Assembly: GCF_006345805.1 (NCBI RefSeq)
Contig: NC_043003.1
Span: 2,356,001 to 2,420,000 of the forward strand
Reading direction: 5' to 3'
Length of the DNA: 64,000 nt
From: Octopus sinensis
Lineage: Eukaryota
The notes beneath the pieces were generated by a model, which saw only the letters and a program-made list of their open reading frames with translations, was not told the origin of the DNA and did not search any database. The translations under genes were made by a program, and so were the position numbers. Each line of letters begins with the position of its first letter. Position 1 is the first letter of the stretch. Shown in pieces: positions 13,401 to 24,984 of the stretch.

Positions 13401-13960
13401 TACTGGCACAGAAAGAATACAAGAAAAGACATCTCGGGAGAGGCATCCACTGGGAGCTTTGTAGAAAGCTAGGATTTGAACATATTGATAAATGGTATGA
13501 ACACGAAGCTGGTAAAGTAGTAGAAAGTAAGAAATACAGGATGTTGTGGGACTTTAACATTCAGACTGACAGAGTAATAGAAGCTAGAAGGTCTGATTTG
13601 GTAGTAGTAAATAAAGCGAATAAAAAGTGCCAGATAAATTGACTTTATAATACCAAATGATGAGAAAGTCAATATGAGAGGTATAGAAAAAACTAGCAAA
13701 GTACCAGGACCTAGCCATTGGATTACAGAGACTATGGAAAGTGCGGGTAAAATGTATCCCAGTAGTTATAGGTGCATTGGGGACCATACCTAAAGATCTG
13801 AACTGATGGATAGAGTAAATAGGCATAAAACCTAGTTTAGTACAGCTGCAGAAAACAGTGTTATTAGGGGCAGCTAGGGTACTTAGGAGGGTTCTTGGCA
13901 TCTAAGGGTTCTTGATGCAACCCAATTTTAGGATTTATTCCTTTTCCAAAAGTCTAATCT
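10481..13960 (+). mobile_element. Near full-length degenerate R4/Dong-like non-LTR retrotransposon (RT plus restriction-like endonuclease)
   Basis: ERRLVDEGNAI..KWMTELEVEEI, NYRPVICLPLVWKLLTG, HLLYKDDLKL, YKYLGVLE, CRLC, LWDFNIQTDRVIEARRSDLVV, PVVIGALG, LQKTVLLGAARVLRRVLGI*; many frameshifts and stops. Confidence 0.85.
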
Positions 13961-13986
13961 GTTGTGTGTATATGATGATGATGATG

Positions 13987-14043
<57 letters not shown>

Positions 14044-14429
14044 GTAATAATAATAATAGTAATAGTAATAACAACAACAACAACAACAATCATAATTAAT
14101 AATTATTCATTACCTTATGACAAGGCGACAAACCAACAGAGCAGAACACGGCTGACTGAACTGACCCCAGGTGCTTATTTATTGATCTGTTGATAAGGAT
14201 GGAAGTTTACTCGATGGAAGTTCAATTCAGAATGTGAAGAAGTGTAACTAAATAGCTTGAAGTCTGTAATCAGCTGCCATGGCGATCGTGTGGACCACAC
14301 CACTGTCCTACTGCAGCCGTTACCATCATTTATGATTCATATTTTAGTTTTCTCTAAAGCACATTGATTCCATGTGCGTGAAGTGAATGTTGAAATGATG
14401 TTTACAATGGGATTTAAGTTTATGATATT

Positions 14430-14655
14430 GGAGAGGGTGCATGGCTCAATGGTTAGAGGACTTGACTCACAATCGTAAAGTCATGTTATCGATTCCTGGC
14501 ACTGCGATGTGTCCTTGAGCAAGACATTTTATTTTCACATTGCTCCAGTCCACTCAGCTGGCAAAAATGAGTAACACCTATGTTTCAAAGGGGTCAGCCT
14601 TGTCACACTCTGTGTCACACTGAATCTCCCTGAGAACTACATTAAGGGTACAATC
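14430..14655 (+). mobile_element. tRNA-derived SINE family C
   Basis: A-box TGGCTCAATGG, decayed B-box, TTGCTCCAGTCCACTCAGCTGGCAAAAATGAGTAA core shared with 58355-58610. Confidence 0.7.
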
Positions 14656-14929
14656 TTAACTCTCCCTTAATATCTGTGTTATCCCAAAACAGTGGAAATC
14701 TGTGAGCCTTATTCCCTTGGTCAAAAGTGGTAGCCCCACATCACATGTCGATTACTGCCCAGTCAATCTTAATAGCTGTTGCACGAAATTGATGGAATCC
14801 TGTGTCAGAAAGCTACTCTGGAAATTTCTGAACTTCCATAATTTTATACAACTTTGGTAATTTGGATTTATTCCTCATTCCAGCTGTTGGGGTCAACTCA
14901 TTGAAATTCTTGAAGACATCACCCAAATT

Positions 14930-15450
14930 ACAGACAATGGTTCATGGGTGGATGTTTCTTATCTTGACTCCACCAAAGTCTTTAATTTTGTGCCGCACAA
15001 ACGACTTATAGCAAAACTCTCTGCAATGCGTATGAGAGCTAATCTTCATAATTGGTTCAAGTTCTTCATTCTTGGCTGTGTAGAAATAGTTATAATACTA
15101 GGACAACATTTTGCACCTTGTGCAATAACATCCGGTGCCCTGCAGAGACCTGTTTTGGTTCTCTGTTATTTCTTGCATACATTAATGAAACAGGGGACAA
15201 CTTGAAGGGTTAAAAGGTGCAGACAACATTTTGCTGTGCCTTGAGATAAAAAGAATGGAACCTGTATTCTACAGATCTTCCCTGCAATCTGACCAGGATG
15301 CAATGCAGCAATTGGTCACTGACTGGCAACCCAAGTTGGCTGTAGACAGGTGTACCGTTACTTTTTGGGAGGGAAAACTCAGAATTTACCAGTTCTCTCC
15401 ATGATACCAACTCTAAGAAGTTTGTTGGTGAACATGACCAAGGCAATATT
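14930..15450 (+). pseudogene. Degraded CR1/L2-like RT fragment
   Basis: VDVSYLDSTKVFNFVPHKRLIAKL...ITSGALQRPVL resembles D(F)xKAFDxVPH...[11 protein letters not shown]. Confidence 0.65.
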
Positions 15451-16109
15451 GTCAAGTGTGACCTCTCTTAGAAGAATGACATTTCAAACATCGCCTGACA
15501 ACTGATGCTGGTGTGTTTACGTCCCTGTATCTTAGCAGTTCAGCAAAAGAGACCGATAGAATAAGTACTAGGCTTACAAAGAATAAGTCGTGGGGTCAAT
15601 TTGCTCGACTAAAGGCAGTGCTCCAGCACGGCCACAGTCAAATGGCTGAAACAAGTAAATGAGTATGCTTCTGGCTTTCATTGTTGCCTGCTTTTTATCC
15701 CCTCTCTTGCCATTTACTGAATAAATGTGGTGCACTCAACCACTCGAAGCAATAACCAATTTATTATTGATATAATATTTACATCTAGGTTATTATATTT
15801 TGTTTGGTAGGGTGTGATGCAGGGCCAGATTAAGATCTATAGAGGCCCTAAGCACTTCAAAGGTTTTAGTGCCCCCCCCCCACTTATATATGTAATTTAA
15901 AATATAAACAATAATAAACTATAAAATAATTTTTTATTATTCAAAATGAAACAAAACTAACAGAAAGAGGCTAAAATAATGTTTATTTTGTAAATTGGGT
16001 CATCCCATAAATAATGTGTTTTTTTTATACTTCTTTTATTTCTCAAAATTAAGATAAAGCTCTTTTTTAATCTAAAATATACTCTCCTTCATTTTCTACA
16101 ATGCTCTTC

Positions 16110-17098
16110 CATCTATCCGGTAGACTTACAAGGCTCCTTTTCCAAAATTCACTCATCCGTGACAAAAAATACTCCTCCAATACTGTTCTGACCTCGTCTA
16201 CGGAATTCATATTTTTCTATCCAAATGATTTTGAAGACTGCAGAATAAATGATAATCAGATGGGTTCAATATTCGGTGAATATGGTGAGTGGGGCATCAT
16301 TTCCCATTCAAATTGGTCCAGCCCTTGGTATGTCATCCTCAGTGTATGTGGCCGAGCATTATCCCGATGGAAGAACACCTTTCGTCTTGGAACCAAACAT
16401 GGTTGTTTTTCTTCTAGCGCTGACTTAAACCATTCAAGCTGCTCAAAGTAGATCTCCTTTGTTATCATTTGGTTTGGGTTTAAAAGTTCGAAATGGATTA
16501 AACCTTTCATATCCCACCAAACAGATAGCAACACCTTACATAGATGAAGACCTTCTTTAGCCCGGGGTGCTGGTATTTCCCCTTTTCCTGCCTACTGTCT
16601 TTGGCACTTGACATTTTTATAGAGAACCCATTTCTTGTCACCAGACACTATTCGATCCAAAAAAAGGTTCATTCATGGGACGTGACAGCAAAGAAGAGCA
16701 CACATTCACTTTCTGCATGTGATTAGACTCAGAAAGTTTGTGAGGAATGCATTGACCAAATTTGCTCATTTTTCCAGTGACACACAGGTGTCGATAAATG
16801 GTTGAATGACCAAATCCAAGCTTCTGTGATAGTTCCCCAACAGATACAATGGGATTTTGTTCTACCAGAGATTGCAGGATGTCCTCATCGAGCTTTACAG
16901 ATCTTCCAGGACAAGGCTTGTCTTCTAGGCTGTAGTTTCCAGCTTGGAAATTCTGAAACCACTGCTGACATTGGCTTACACTTATTTTCCGCTTCCCATA
17001 TATACTGCATTAATATTCCTTGCACTTACCATTCCGTTGTTGCCTTTATTGAACTCTTAAAGCAAAATATGCCAAATATGCTCCTTTGTCACTTCCAT
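16110..17098 (-). pseudogene. Mariner transposase pseudogene, near full length
   Basis: N-terminal MEVTKEHIWH..QWFQNFQAGNYSLEDKP; GDKKW; LLSVWWDMKG; FHRDNARPH; HSPYSPNI; frameshifted. Confidence 0.9.
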
Positions 17099-17609
17099 TA
17101 TAGCTTTGAAAAGATAACTGTTAAAGTCGAACTGCACTCTTCAAAACTTGCACTAAGAATAAGTACAAGGTAAAATTACTACCTGCTTTTATAGCAAGTT
17201 GATGCCGGTAGTTTATTTTGTCCCCCTCCAACTTTTAGTTCACACAATTGAAAAAAGCACATTATTTATGGGATGACCCAATATTTCCCTTTTATTTATA
17301 TTTGAAAAGCTTTCTATTTTTCTTATTTGCAGGATCAGATCCTCTCTGGCACCATGAACACTTCAAAATTATATTTCCAATCATATAAACTACTTTGAAA
17401 ATTATTTTAGCCATTTCAAAGAGATTTCTTTTGTGCCATAAACCATTTACCATTTCTGTGGTGCCCCCTCCCCTCGCTTGATGCCCTAAACACTCACTTA
17501 TTTTGGTCTATAGTTAATCCAAAGCTGAATGTAAGGTCCATCTCTCTCTCTTCTGTCTTTTACAAACCCACTGACCCTTACTCACAATTCTACCTCACTT
17601 GTTTTCTCA

Positions 17610-17775
17610 TAGGCATAGGCGTGGCTGTGTGGTAAGAAGCTTGCTTCTCAACCACATGGTTCTGGGTTCAGTCCCACTGTGTGGCACCTTGGGCAATGTC
17701 TTCTATTATAGCCTCGGGCCAACCAAAGCCTTGTGAGTGGATTTGGTAGACAGAAACTGAAAGAAGCCTGTCGTA
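17610..17775 (+). mobile_element. SINE family A, 5' half
   Basis: GGCGTGGCTGTGTGGTAAG...GGGTTCAGTCCCAC...GAAACTGAAAGAAGCC. Confidence 0.85.
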
Positions 17776-17814
17776 TATATATTATATACACACACACACA
17801 CACATATATATATA

Positions 17815-18387
17815 TACAGAGTACATTTAAACACATACGAGGTAGCTATCAGAGGACTACTTACACGCTAGAGAGGACAGTTAAATTCTAAACCACAATA
17901 AAATCAAAGGGAATGAAAAATGTAAACATTTACCATCTAACTCTTGGACCAATGGTTTCAGACTTTTTTAGCAAATAAAATAAATAAAATAAGTAAATAA
18001 AATAATTCAGTATATGGGGATCAGACAATAAATTTTTTAGATAATTTTTGAAATGAAAAAGCTGGCATATTTATTAACTGCCGACAGGGAGCTGCGCTTG
18101 CGCGGTAGATTTGAAAAATTAGAATGGGGCACGGGGCATATATTGGATTGCCTCGTGTATATATATTTAATGTAATGTGTAACTGCTGAAGAAGGGTTCA
18201 CCTAGCAATTTATTTTATTTGCTAAAAAAAGTCTGAAACCATTGGTCCAGGAGTTAGATGGTAAATGCTTACATTTTTCATTCCCTTCAATTCTTATCTC
18301 TAATAGTGGTTCGAAATTTAACTATCCTCTCTAGCATGTAGGTAGTCCTATGATGGGTACCCTTATGTGTTTAAATGTACACTGTAT
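17815..18387 (+). mobile_element. Fold-back non-coding element with ~170-180 bp inverted arms carrying an HHR
   Basis: 17815-17985 is a diverged reverse complement of 18208-18387. Confidence 0.75.
18183..18250 (+). ncRNA. Type I hammerhead ribozyme candidate
   Basis: CTG-CTGAAGA-AGG...(two hairpins)...TCT-GAAA-CCATTG-GTC-CAG; short 3-bp stem I. Confidence 0.6.
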
Positions 18388-18485
18388 TTATATGAATAAT
18401 ATATAGTCTATTGACTAAATTTTTACATGCTAGGCCACTGGAAATGGAAATTTCTAATATTTCCAGTTACCCTTTGCTAATATTG

Positions 18486-18586
<101 letters not shown>

Positions 18587-18675
18587 TATATATATATATA
18601 TATATACATATATACATATACATATATATACATATATATATATACATATATATATATACATATACATATATATAC

Positions 18676-18773
<98 letters not shown>

Positions 18774-18811
18774 CTATTAATATATTATATTAATAATATA
18801 TATTATATATA

Positions 18812-18849
<38 letters not shown>

Positions 18850-18853
<4 letters not shown>

Positions 18854-19968
18854 AGATAAGAAAATGGAGAAATACATCTAAATCAAATATCAATTACCAG
18901 ATAATACTCAATCACATACTTTATTAACCACCACATAAGAGAATGTAGGGTTAAATATAAAAAGCAGAACAAATCAGTGTACATAAAGGAATGTACATAA
19001 AAAAGTGTACATAAAAGTAATGTTGTATAATAAGTAGAATATATATAAAAGAGAATATAAATATAAGTATAGATTATAAGTAAATATAAATATAAGTATA
19101 GATTACATCTTACAGCTGTTTCGGCCATGTAGATAAGTATGTCTCATTTTACCAATATTAGCCTTTTATGGTAGGTCAATATCTCTCTCTATATAAACGG
19201 CAGTTTGTCTGTGCGTGTTTCTGTGTGTCTGTTAGGTCGTACCCTCACCCTGACCACGGCTTTCAACCGATTCTGATGAAACTTGACACACACATAGCCC
19301 AATGTCATAATTCAAAACTAACGCAGCGAAAATTTTGAAATTTCCCCCAGTTCTGAAAAAATCGATAAATTCGACATGGGGTCGAGAATCAAAAAAATAA
19401 ACCACAGACTGTCTAGGGAACGCAACTCAACCTTTTTTTACTCTAAAAAAAAAATTTACCATCATTTTTTTTCTATTTTTTTGCTATTTTTTGGCTATAA
19501 CTCTCTAAAAATGCTTTATAGTTATTTCCCTTACAAACCTGAGCAACGCCGGGCGATACTGCTAGTATAGATATAAATGAGACATTTACAAAAATATCAT
19601 AAGGCCTCTTCGGAGATTATGTAATATAAATCAGTCTACATATATATCCACATGGGTGTGGGTACATACCCATAATACAACATATACATATACATATGAG
19701 TGCATATACTCACACTCCTATACATATAAAAATATACATATACATAATGATATAAATAAATAATATAAATTAGTAAACATATATATGTGTTCCACATTCA
19801 ATGTCTCAGTTTTTCGACTTAATATTGTGATAATAAACATACACAAATTAGTACCTAGATGCAAATATACATAGTCAATAGTACATTATATTACTTCCTA
19901 CTAATTTCTAAAGTGTCATTGAAGTTAGCATCATTATCGTTGTCAGACACTTAGAAATTAGTATGAAG

Positions 19969-19970
<2 letters not shown>
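18850..19970 (-). mobile_element. Second copy of the PLE terminal repeat seen at about 5520-6237, with a short 5' inversion at 19946-19970
   Basis: Reverse-complement match; same 3' end (CTTATC(C/T)TGTA) against (TA)n; HHR halves at 19102-19126 and 19603-19625. Confidence 0.85.
19182..19565 (+). mobile_element. Non-autonomous Helitron
   Basis: 5' TC, 3' CCTGAGCAACGCCGGG hairpin then CTAG, inserted between A and T with no TSD; removing it restores GGTCAATATATAGATATAAATGAGACAT exactly as in the copy at about 5885-5915. Confidence 0.85.
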
Positions 19971-20004
<34 letters not shown>

Positions 20005-20165
20005 AACACACACACACACATGCAAATATTTGTGTGCACGCGTTTGTCCCCCTACCATCACTTGACAACCGATGTTGGTGTGTTTCCATACTCATAACTT
20101 AGCGGTTCAGTAAACGGAGCCCGATAGAATAAGTACTAGGCTTACAAAGAATAAGTCCTGGGGTT

Positions 20166-22142
20166 AGTTAGTTAGTTAGTTAGTTAGTTAATTTGGCTCA
20201 AAAGCAAATAGCAAGGCCATGTAGGGGGACATGGAGTTAAGTACAGGGTGGTGTTCATGTAAAGAGTTCAGGCCACTTGAGGTCCAGGGAGGCTTTGAAC
20301 AAAGCGGTCGTTGGCATCTTCACCATCTCATCTGGCAGCTTGTTCCACGGATCCGCAACCCGGACGGAGAAAGCTCCTCTCCTTCGATTGAGATGAAATC
20401 GTCGCAGGTAGAACTTTTCGGAATGACCCCGCAGCCGACGCTCCGGAGCAGGAGTGAAGAACAGCTCTTTCGAGAGGTTACACTTCCCGCTTATGATGTT
20501 GGGGCGAGAATGAGATCACCACGGCGGCGGCGTTTTTCAAGAGAATAAAGGTCGAGCGTCCTCAGCCTTTCTTCGTAGGACAAATTTTTGAGACCATGAA
20601 CCATGGCGGGTAGCCAGCCTCTGGACTCTTTTGAGGTGCTGTATGTCTTTGAGGAGATAAGGAGAAGAGGCTTGAATCCCATACTCCAATATGGGTCTCA
20701 CCAGCGTGACAGAGTGGCAGGAATATGGCTGCTGTGAGCACTCCGAATGACCGTCGAATCAAAAACAGAATTCCGCGCGCTTTGTTGGCAGCATGGACGC
20801 ACTGGGCCGAAGGCGAAAAGGAGGAATCCACCAAGATCCCAGGTCCTTTACCTGATCGGTCCTCTCCAGCAGCAGATGACCCGGCTCGAAATCAGGTTGA
20901 GTTGCAGGAGGAGAGCCAACAGGCAGATGACAGCACTTTGACACGTTCAGACACAGGTCCCAATCGTTAGACCACTTCCAAATTTGGTGGAGGCATCGAC
21001 GAAGATCCTCTATACTACCACGCGCGAAGCGACCAGTTTGATATCGTCGGCAAATAGAAGGGTGTGTTGCGTGAGGTCGTCGGGCAAGTCATTTATGAAG
21101 ACTAAGAACAACAAGGGCCCAAGCACTGAACCTTGAGGCATCCACTGCTCGCACTGGAGACGTCGGACCGCGAACCATTAACTTGAACTTGGAAGGAGCG
21201 ATCTGAGAGGAAGGCACCAACCCATCGTACAATATCTGGATGGAAACTATATGCTTGAAGCTTGACAAGTAGTAGGCGGTGGTTTACCGAGTCAAAAGCT
21301 TTGGCAAAGTCCTATAAAACGATGTCAACAGCATCACTATCATCGAGGATGCGCGTCACCAATTCTTCCATTACTAGTAAGTTGGTCAAGCATGATCTCT
21401 TCGGCACGAAGCCGTGTTGGGAATCAGTGATCGAGGCTGTGCTTAGGAGGTGGAGCATCATACTTTTCTTAAGGATGGTTTCGAACATCTTGCTGATTAT
21501 TGATGTAAGGGAAACCGGTCGGTAGTTAAGCGGGTCTTCGCGGCTCCCTTTCTTGAAAATTGGACAGATTATCGCTGTTCTCCAGTCTGCAGGTATAACA
21601 CCCGTCGCCAATGACATATTGAATAGTCGTGTTAAGGGCTCGCAGATGACCGGAGCCAACGCTTTGATAACCCGTGGGTGTATGCCGTCAGGGCCGTGAC
21701 CCTTGTTGACATCGAGGCCTTGAATAACACGTTTGACTTGGTCCCCCGTGATGATCAATCGAAGCATTGGAGGTACCGATCTATCAAATGGAGGGGGTTC
21801 ACGACCATCATCTTGTTTGAAAATAGTTGAAAAAGCCTCGGCAAATAATTGACTCTGTTGATAAGGGTCCTCAATCGATACGCCTGTTGAGTCTACCAAT
21901 GTTACAATCTGGTTGTTCAAGCGGGAATTCCGCTGGACATGGGCAAAGAAGGTTTTTGGATTGCTACTGGCTTTTGCCGCGATTTTGTATTCATAACTGA
22001 AGCGTTCTTTCGTTTCAATTTTCACGGCTCGGTCTCGTTGAGTTTTGTACACCTCAAAAGCTGCAGTCGAATCCAGATTTTTGAATTCAGCCCAAGCAAT
22101 ATCTCTGAGTCGACGTTCTCGTTTAACCTTCTTCGTCACCCA
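20166..22142 (-). mobile_element. 5'-truncated CR1/L2-like LINE with (AACT)n tail, nested inside a family A SINE
   Basis: [54 protein letters not shown]; GGGGTT target-site duplication at 20160-20165 and 22143-22148 splits the SINE tail. Confidence 0.9.
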
Positions 22143-22661
22143 GGGGTTGATTTATTTGACTACAAGCGGTGCTCCAGCATGGCTGCAGTCACATGACTGA
22201 AGCAAATAAAAGAATAAAAGACTAAAGAATGCCCCCCCCTCCACCCACCGCAGACCCACTCCCCCCTCCACCCACCGCAGACCCCCCCCCCACCGCAGAC
22301 CCCCTCCCCCCTCCCCCACAGCACCCCCCCCCCTTCTCCCTGTCTCTGTCATTTCCATAACTTCTTTATTTACTCAGAAGAAGCTTATGATTCCCTCCGT
22401 TGCTGATCCGAGTTTCTGGTTACATCTGATCGTTCAGGTAACAAAAAGATTCACCTGAGCAGCGATGGTTTAAAATCAATATCTTATACCAAATGTATTT
22501 AATTAGAGAAATAATTAGATCTATTTTGGAAGACATGTTTATATAATTAGAGGTAAATATATTTAATTATATAACTGTAGCTGTATTCAATAAGTTGTGC
22601 TTGCTAATAATCACACATTGATTGAGATTATCATTTACTTGTATATCATTTAATTAATTAG

Positions 22662-22905
22662 CTGTGAGTAACAGACTAGCTTCGTTAGGCTTCTCTAATC
22701 TGATGGTAAAGTTCTCAAACGGTGGAAACCATCGATGCGTGCCGTATGAGAGTTTGTCTCCAAATGATCTGATTGTGTCGAAGCAGTCTGATGGTTGTTG
22801 TGGGAAAGGAGAGATGCGTGATGGCATCAAGACCATTCTTACCAACTTTGAAATACTGGAAGGAAATCCATTTAATCTTTTAGCATTCGGATCAGTCTTT
22901 CAGAT
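22662..22905 (+). CDS. Candidate host exon, product unknown
   Basis: Non-repetitive open frame (VSNRLASLGF...FNLLAFGSVFQ) bounded by TAG| and |GTAAAG; the antisense frame is also open. Confidence 0.25.
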
Positions 22906-23024
22906 GTAAAGCTTATTTATTCGTGTTGTTTGTTAATTAACCGAGGATTATCTCATAGCTTAGATCTTGTTGGTTGGAAAACACAAAACAGATATGACCA
23001 GTTTAGATGCTAAAGAGTTGAAGA

Positions 23025-23470
23025 ATCATCACCATCATTGTTCGACCGTGGTCGAAACAATGGAATTTACTATGTTATACCAGACTTCACGGTCCATCAT
23101 AGCATTACGGAGGTCCTGTTGCTGGATGCCTGTATCCCTGGAGATTACATCAGGGTAGGAGAGTGTGCGCCCTCTGGTATCGTGAGCAGATGGCTTCCAG
23201 AGGAGAAGAGTAGAAATTACCTCGTTTTCAGCTCTACAACAATGTCCAGCAAACTGGACTCTCCTACCTTTCACAAGAGATGACACAGGTGGTAACTTCC
23301 CATATATTTGTACTTTGGTTGGATGCCATTTCCATGAGAGATTTTGAGCTCTCATAAGGAGGCAAGTGTAGGTTCCATCCAACCGCCTCTCACACTTCTT
23401 TGATAATGTCCAGGTTTCTGAGCCATATAGTAAAACGATAATTGCTAGGAACTGAGTTGCTACCATTCTT
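23025..23470 (-). mobile_element. RTE-clade LINE 3' fragment
   Basis: VLLYGSETWTL..RRLDGTY..FAGHC..MMDREVW; (TGA)n tail. Confidence 0.85.
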
Positions 23471-23779
23471 GATAACAGGACACATGTTTCTGAATTTAAA
23501 TTCTGAATTCTCTAATAATTAACTCATTAATCCCTATGAGAATTTACTAATTATATGATTTATTTTCATCGTAATTGTTGCACCAATCTCATTAGTATAA
23601 GATGCAATAAGAAATTATGAAACCAAAGGGAAGTTTGGTCAGCTTTGTATTCTTCCTTTAATGTTTTCGGTTTGGCCCTCAATACAAGCACAAATGGACT
23701 CCGGATGTGAGTGCCAAATGTTGGAGACACTCAGAACTTTTCATTACCTTCAACTGCCATTCCATGTGGAACCACTTGT

Positions 23780-24245
23780 GGGAAGCGGTCAAGCCATCGT
23801 CATGGGAAAGGTCAATGCCATGATGTTGTCTACTTATATTTTAATGTATTTAGTATGAATAAGCCTACAAGATCACGAAAGTCAGCACTGACTTAATCAC
23901 CCATAGACGCATCAAATAGCTCATGTTTATCCTTTTTCTAAACAATATAATCTTCCTCACATGTTTGATAAGATCTAGGTATTTAGGGTCAAGATCGACA
24001 TATAATTTGGCATATTCGATAGCTTTATCAAGCAGCGATCTAGATATGGAGGGATAAAAATCTTTAATGTCAAACAAGTGAATCTAGCCTTATTCTTATT
24101 TTGAAACTTGTTGAACCAGTCTATTATTATAAAACTGTTATTCCATGGGTGAAACTTGGTCATTTCCATAATTCTATTGTTGACATTTTTAAGTACATTT
24201 TTTACTGCATTTCCAATTTCCGATTTAGCTGGGTTTAACAATACT
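23780..24245 (-). mobile_element. Inverted duplicate of an internal PLE RT segment
   Basis: Reverse complement of about 25548-26012 (LLNPAKSEIG...FDIKDFYPSI...DDG). Confidence 0.85.
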
Positions 24246-24269
24246 ATGGATTTATACAACAAGTGAGCC

Positions 24270-24949
24270 CAGCCCACTTATGAATGCCTTTCCTCCCTTG
24301 GACACAAAGACCTGTTGAGGCAAGCAAAGTCGATATAGAACCTCATCCGACGACAGGCACCCATGCCAACCCCCCCTGCTTGCGAAGACATGTTGGGGCA
24401 AGCGAAATCGAAATCGAAACCGAATTGAACCAGCCAGGATCCCTGGTCTGGTGGTATGTAAAAAGCACTATCTGACTCGTGGCTGATGCCAGCGCCGCTT
24501 CCACTGGCTTCCGTGCCGGTGGCACGTAAAATACTCCAATCCGACCGTACAATAGGCACCCATGCCAACCCCCTTTGCTTGTGAAGACATGTTGGGGCAA
24601 GCGAAATCGAAATCGAAATCGAATTGAACCAGCCAGGATCCCTGGACTGGTGGTACGTAAAAAGCACTATCCGACTCGTGGCCGATGCCAGCACCGCCTC
24701 GACTGGCTTCCGTGTCGGTGGCACATAAAATACACCAATCCAACCGTGGCCGTTGCCAGCCTCGCCTGGCACCTGTGCAGGTGGCACGTAAAAAGCATCC
24801 ACTACACTCATGGAGTGGTTGGTGTTAGGAAGGGCATCCAGCTGTAGAAACATTGCCAGATTAGACTGGAGCCTGGTGCAGCCTTCTGGCTTCCCAGATC
24901 CCCGGTCGAACCGTCCAACCCATGCTAGCATGGAGAACGGACGTTAAAC

Positions 24950-24980
<31 letters not shown>
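24270..24980 (+). mobile_element. RTE 3'-UTR-derived non-autonomous repeat with an internal ~200-bp tandem duplication and (GAT)n tail
   Basis: Same modules as 8560-9118, 55255-55600 and 56215-56650. Confidence 0.75.
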
Positions 24981-24984
24981 ACTC

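Noticed and set aside
15820-17527. hAT-like element (CAGGGCCAGATTAA...TTAATCCAAAGCTG) enclosing the Mariner, with an inner inverted repeat at about 15996-16025 and 17251-17280
   Set aside because: The termini match poorly and there is no 8-bp TSD; the boundaries cannot be supported.
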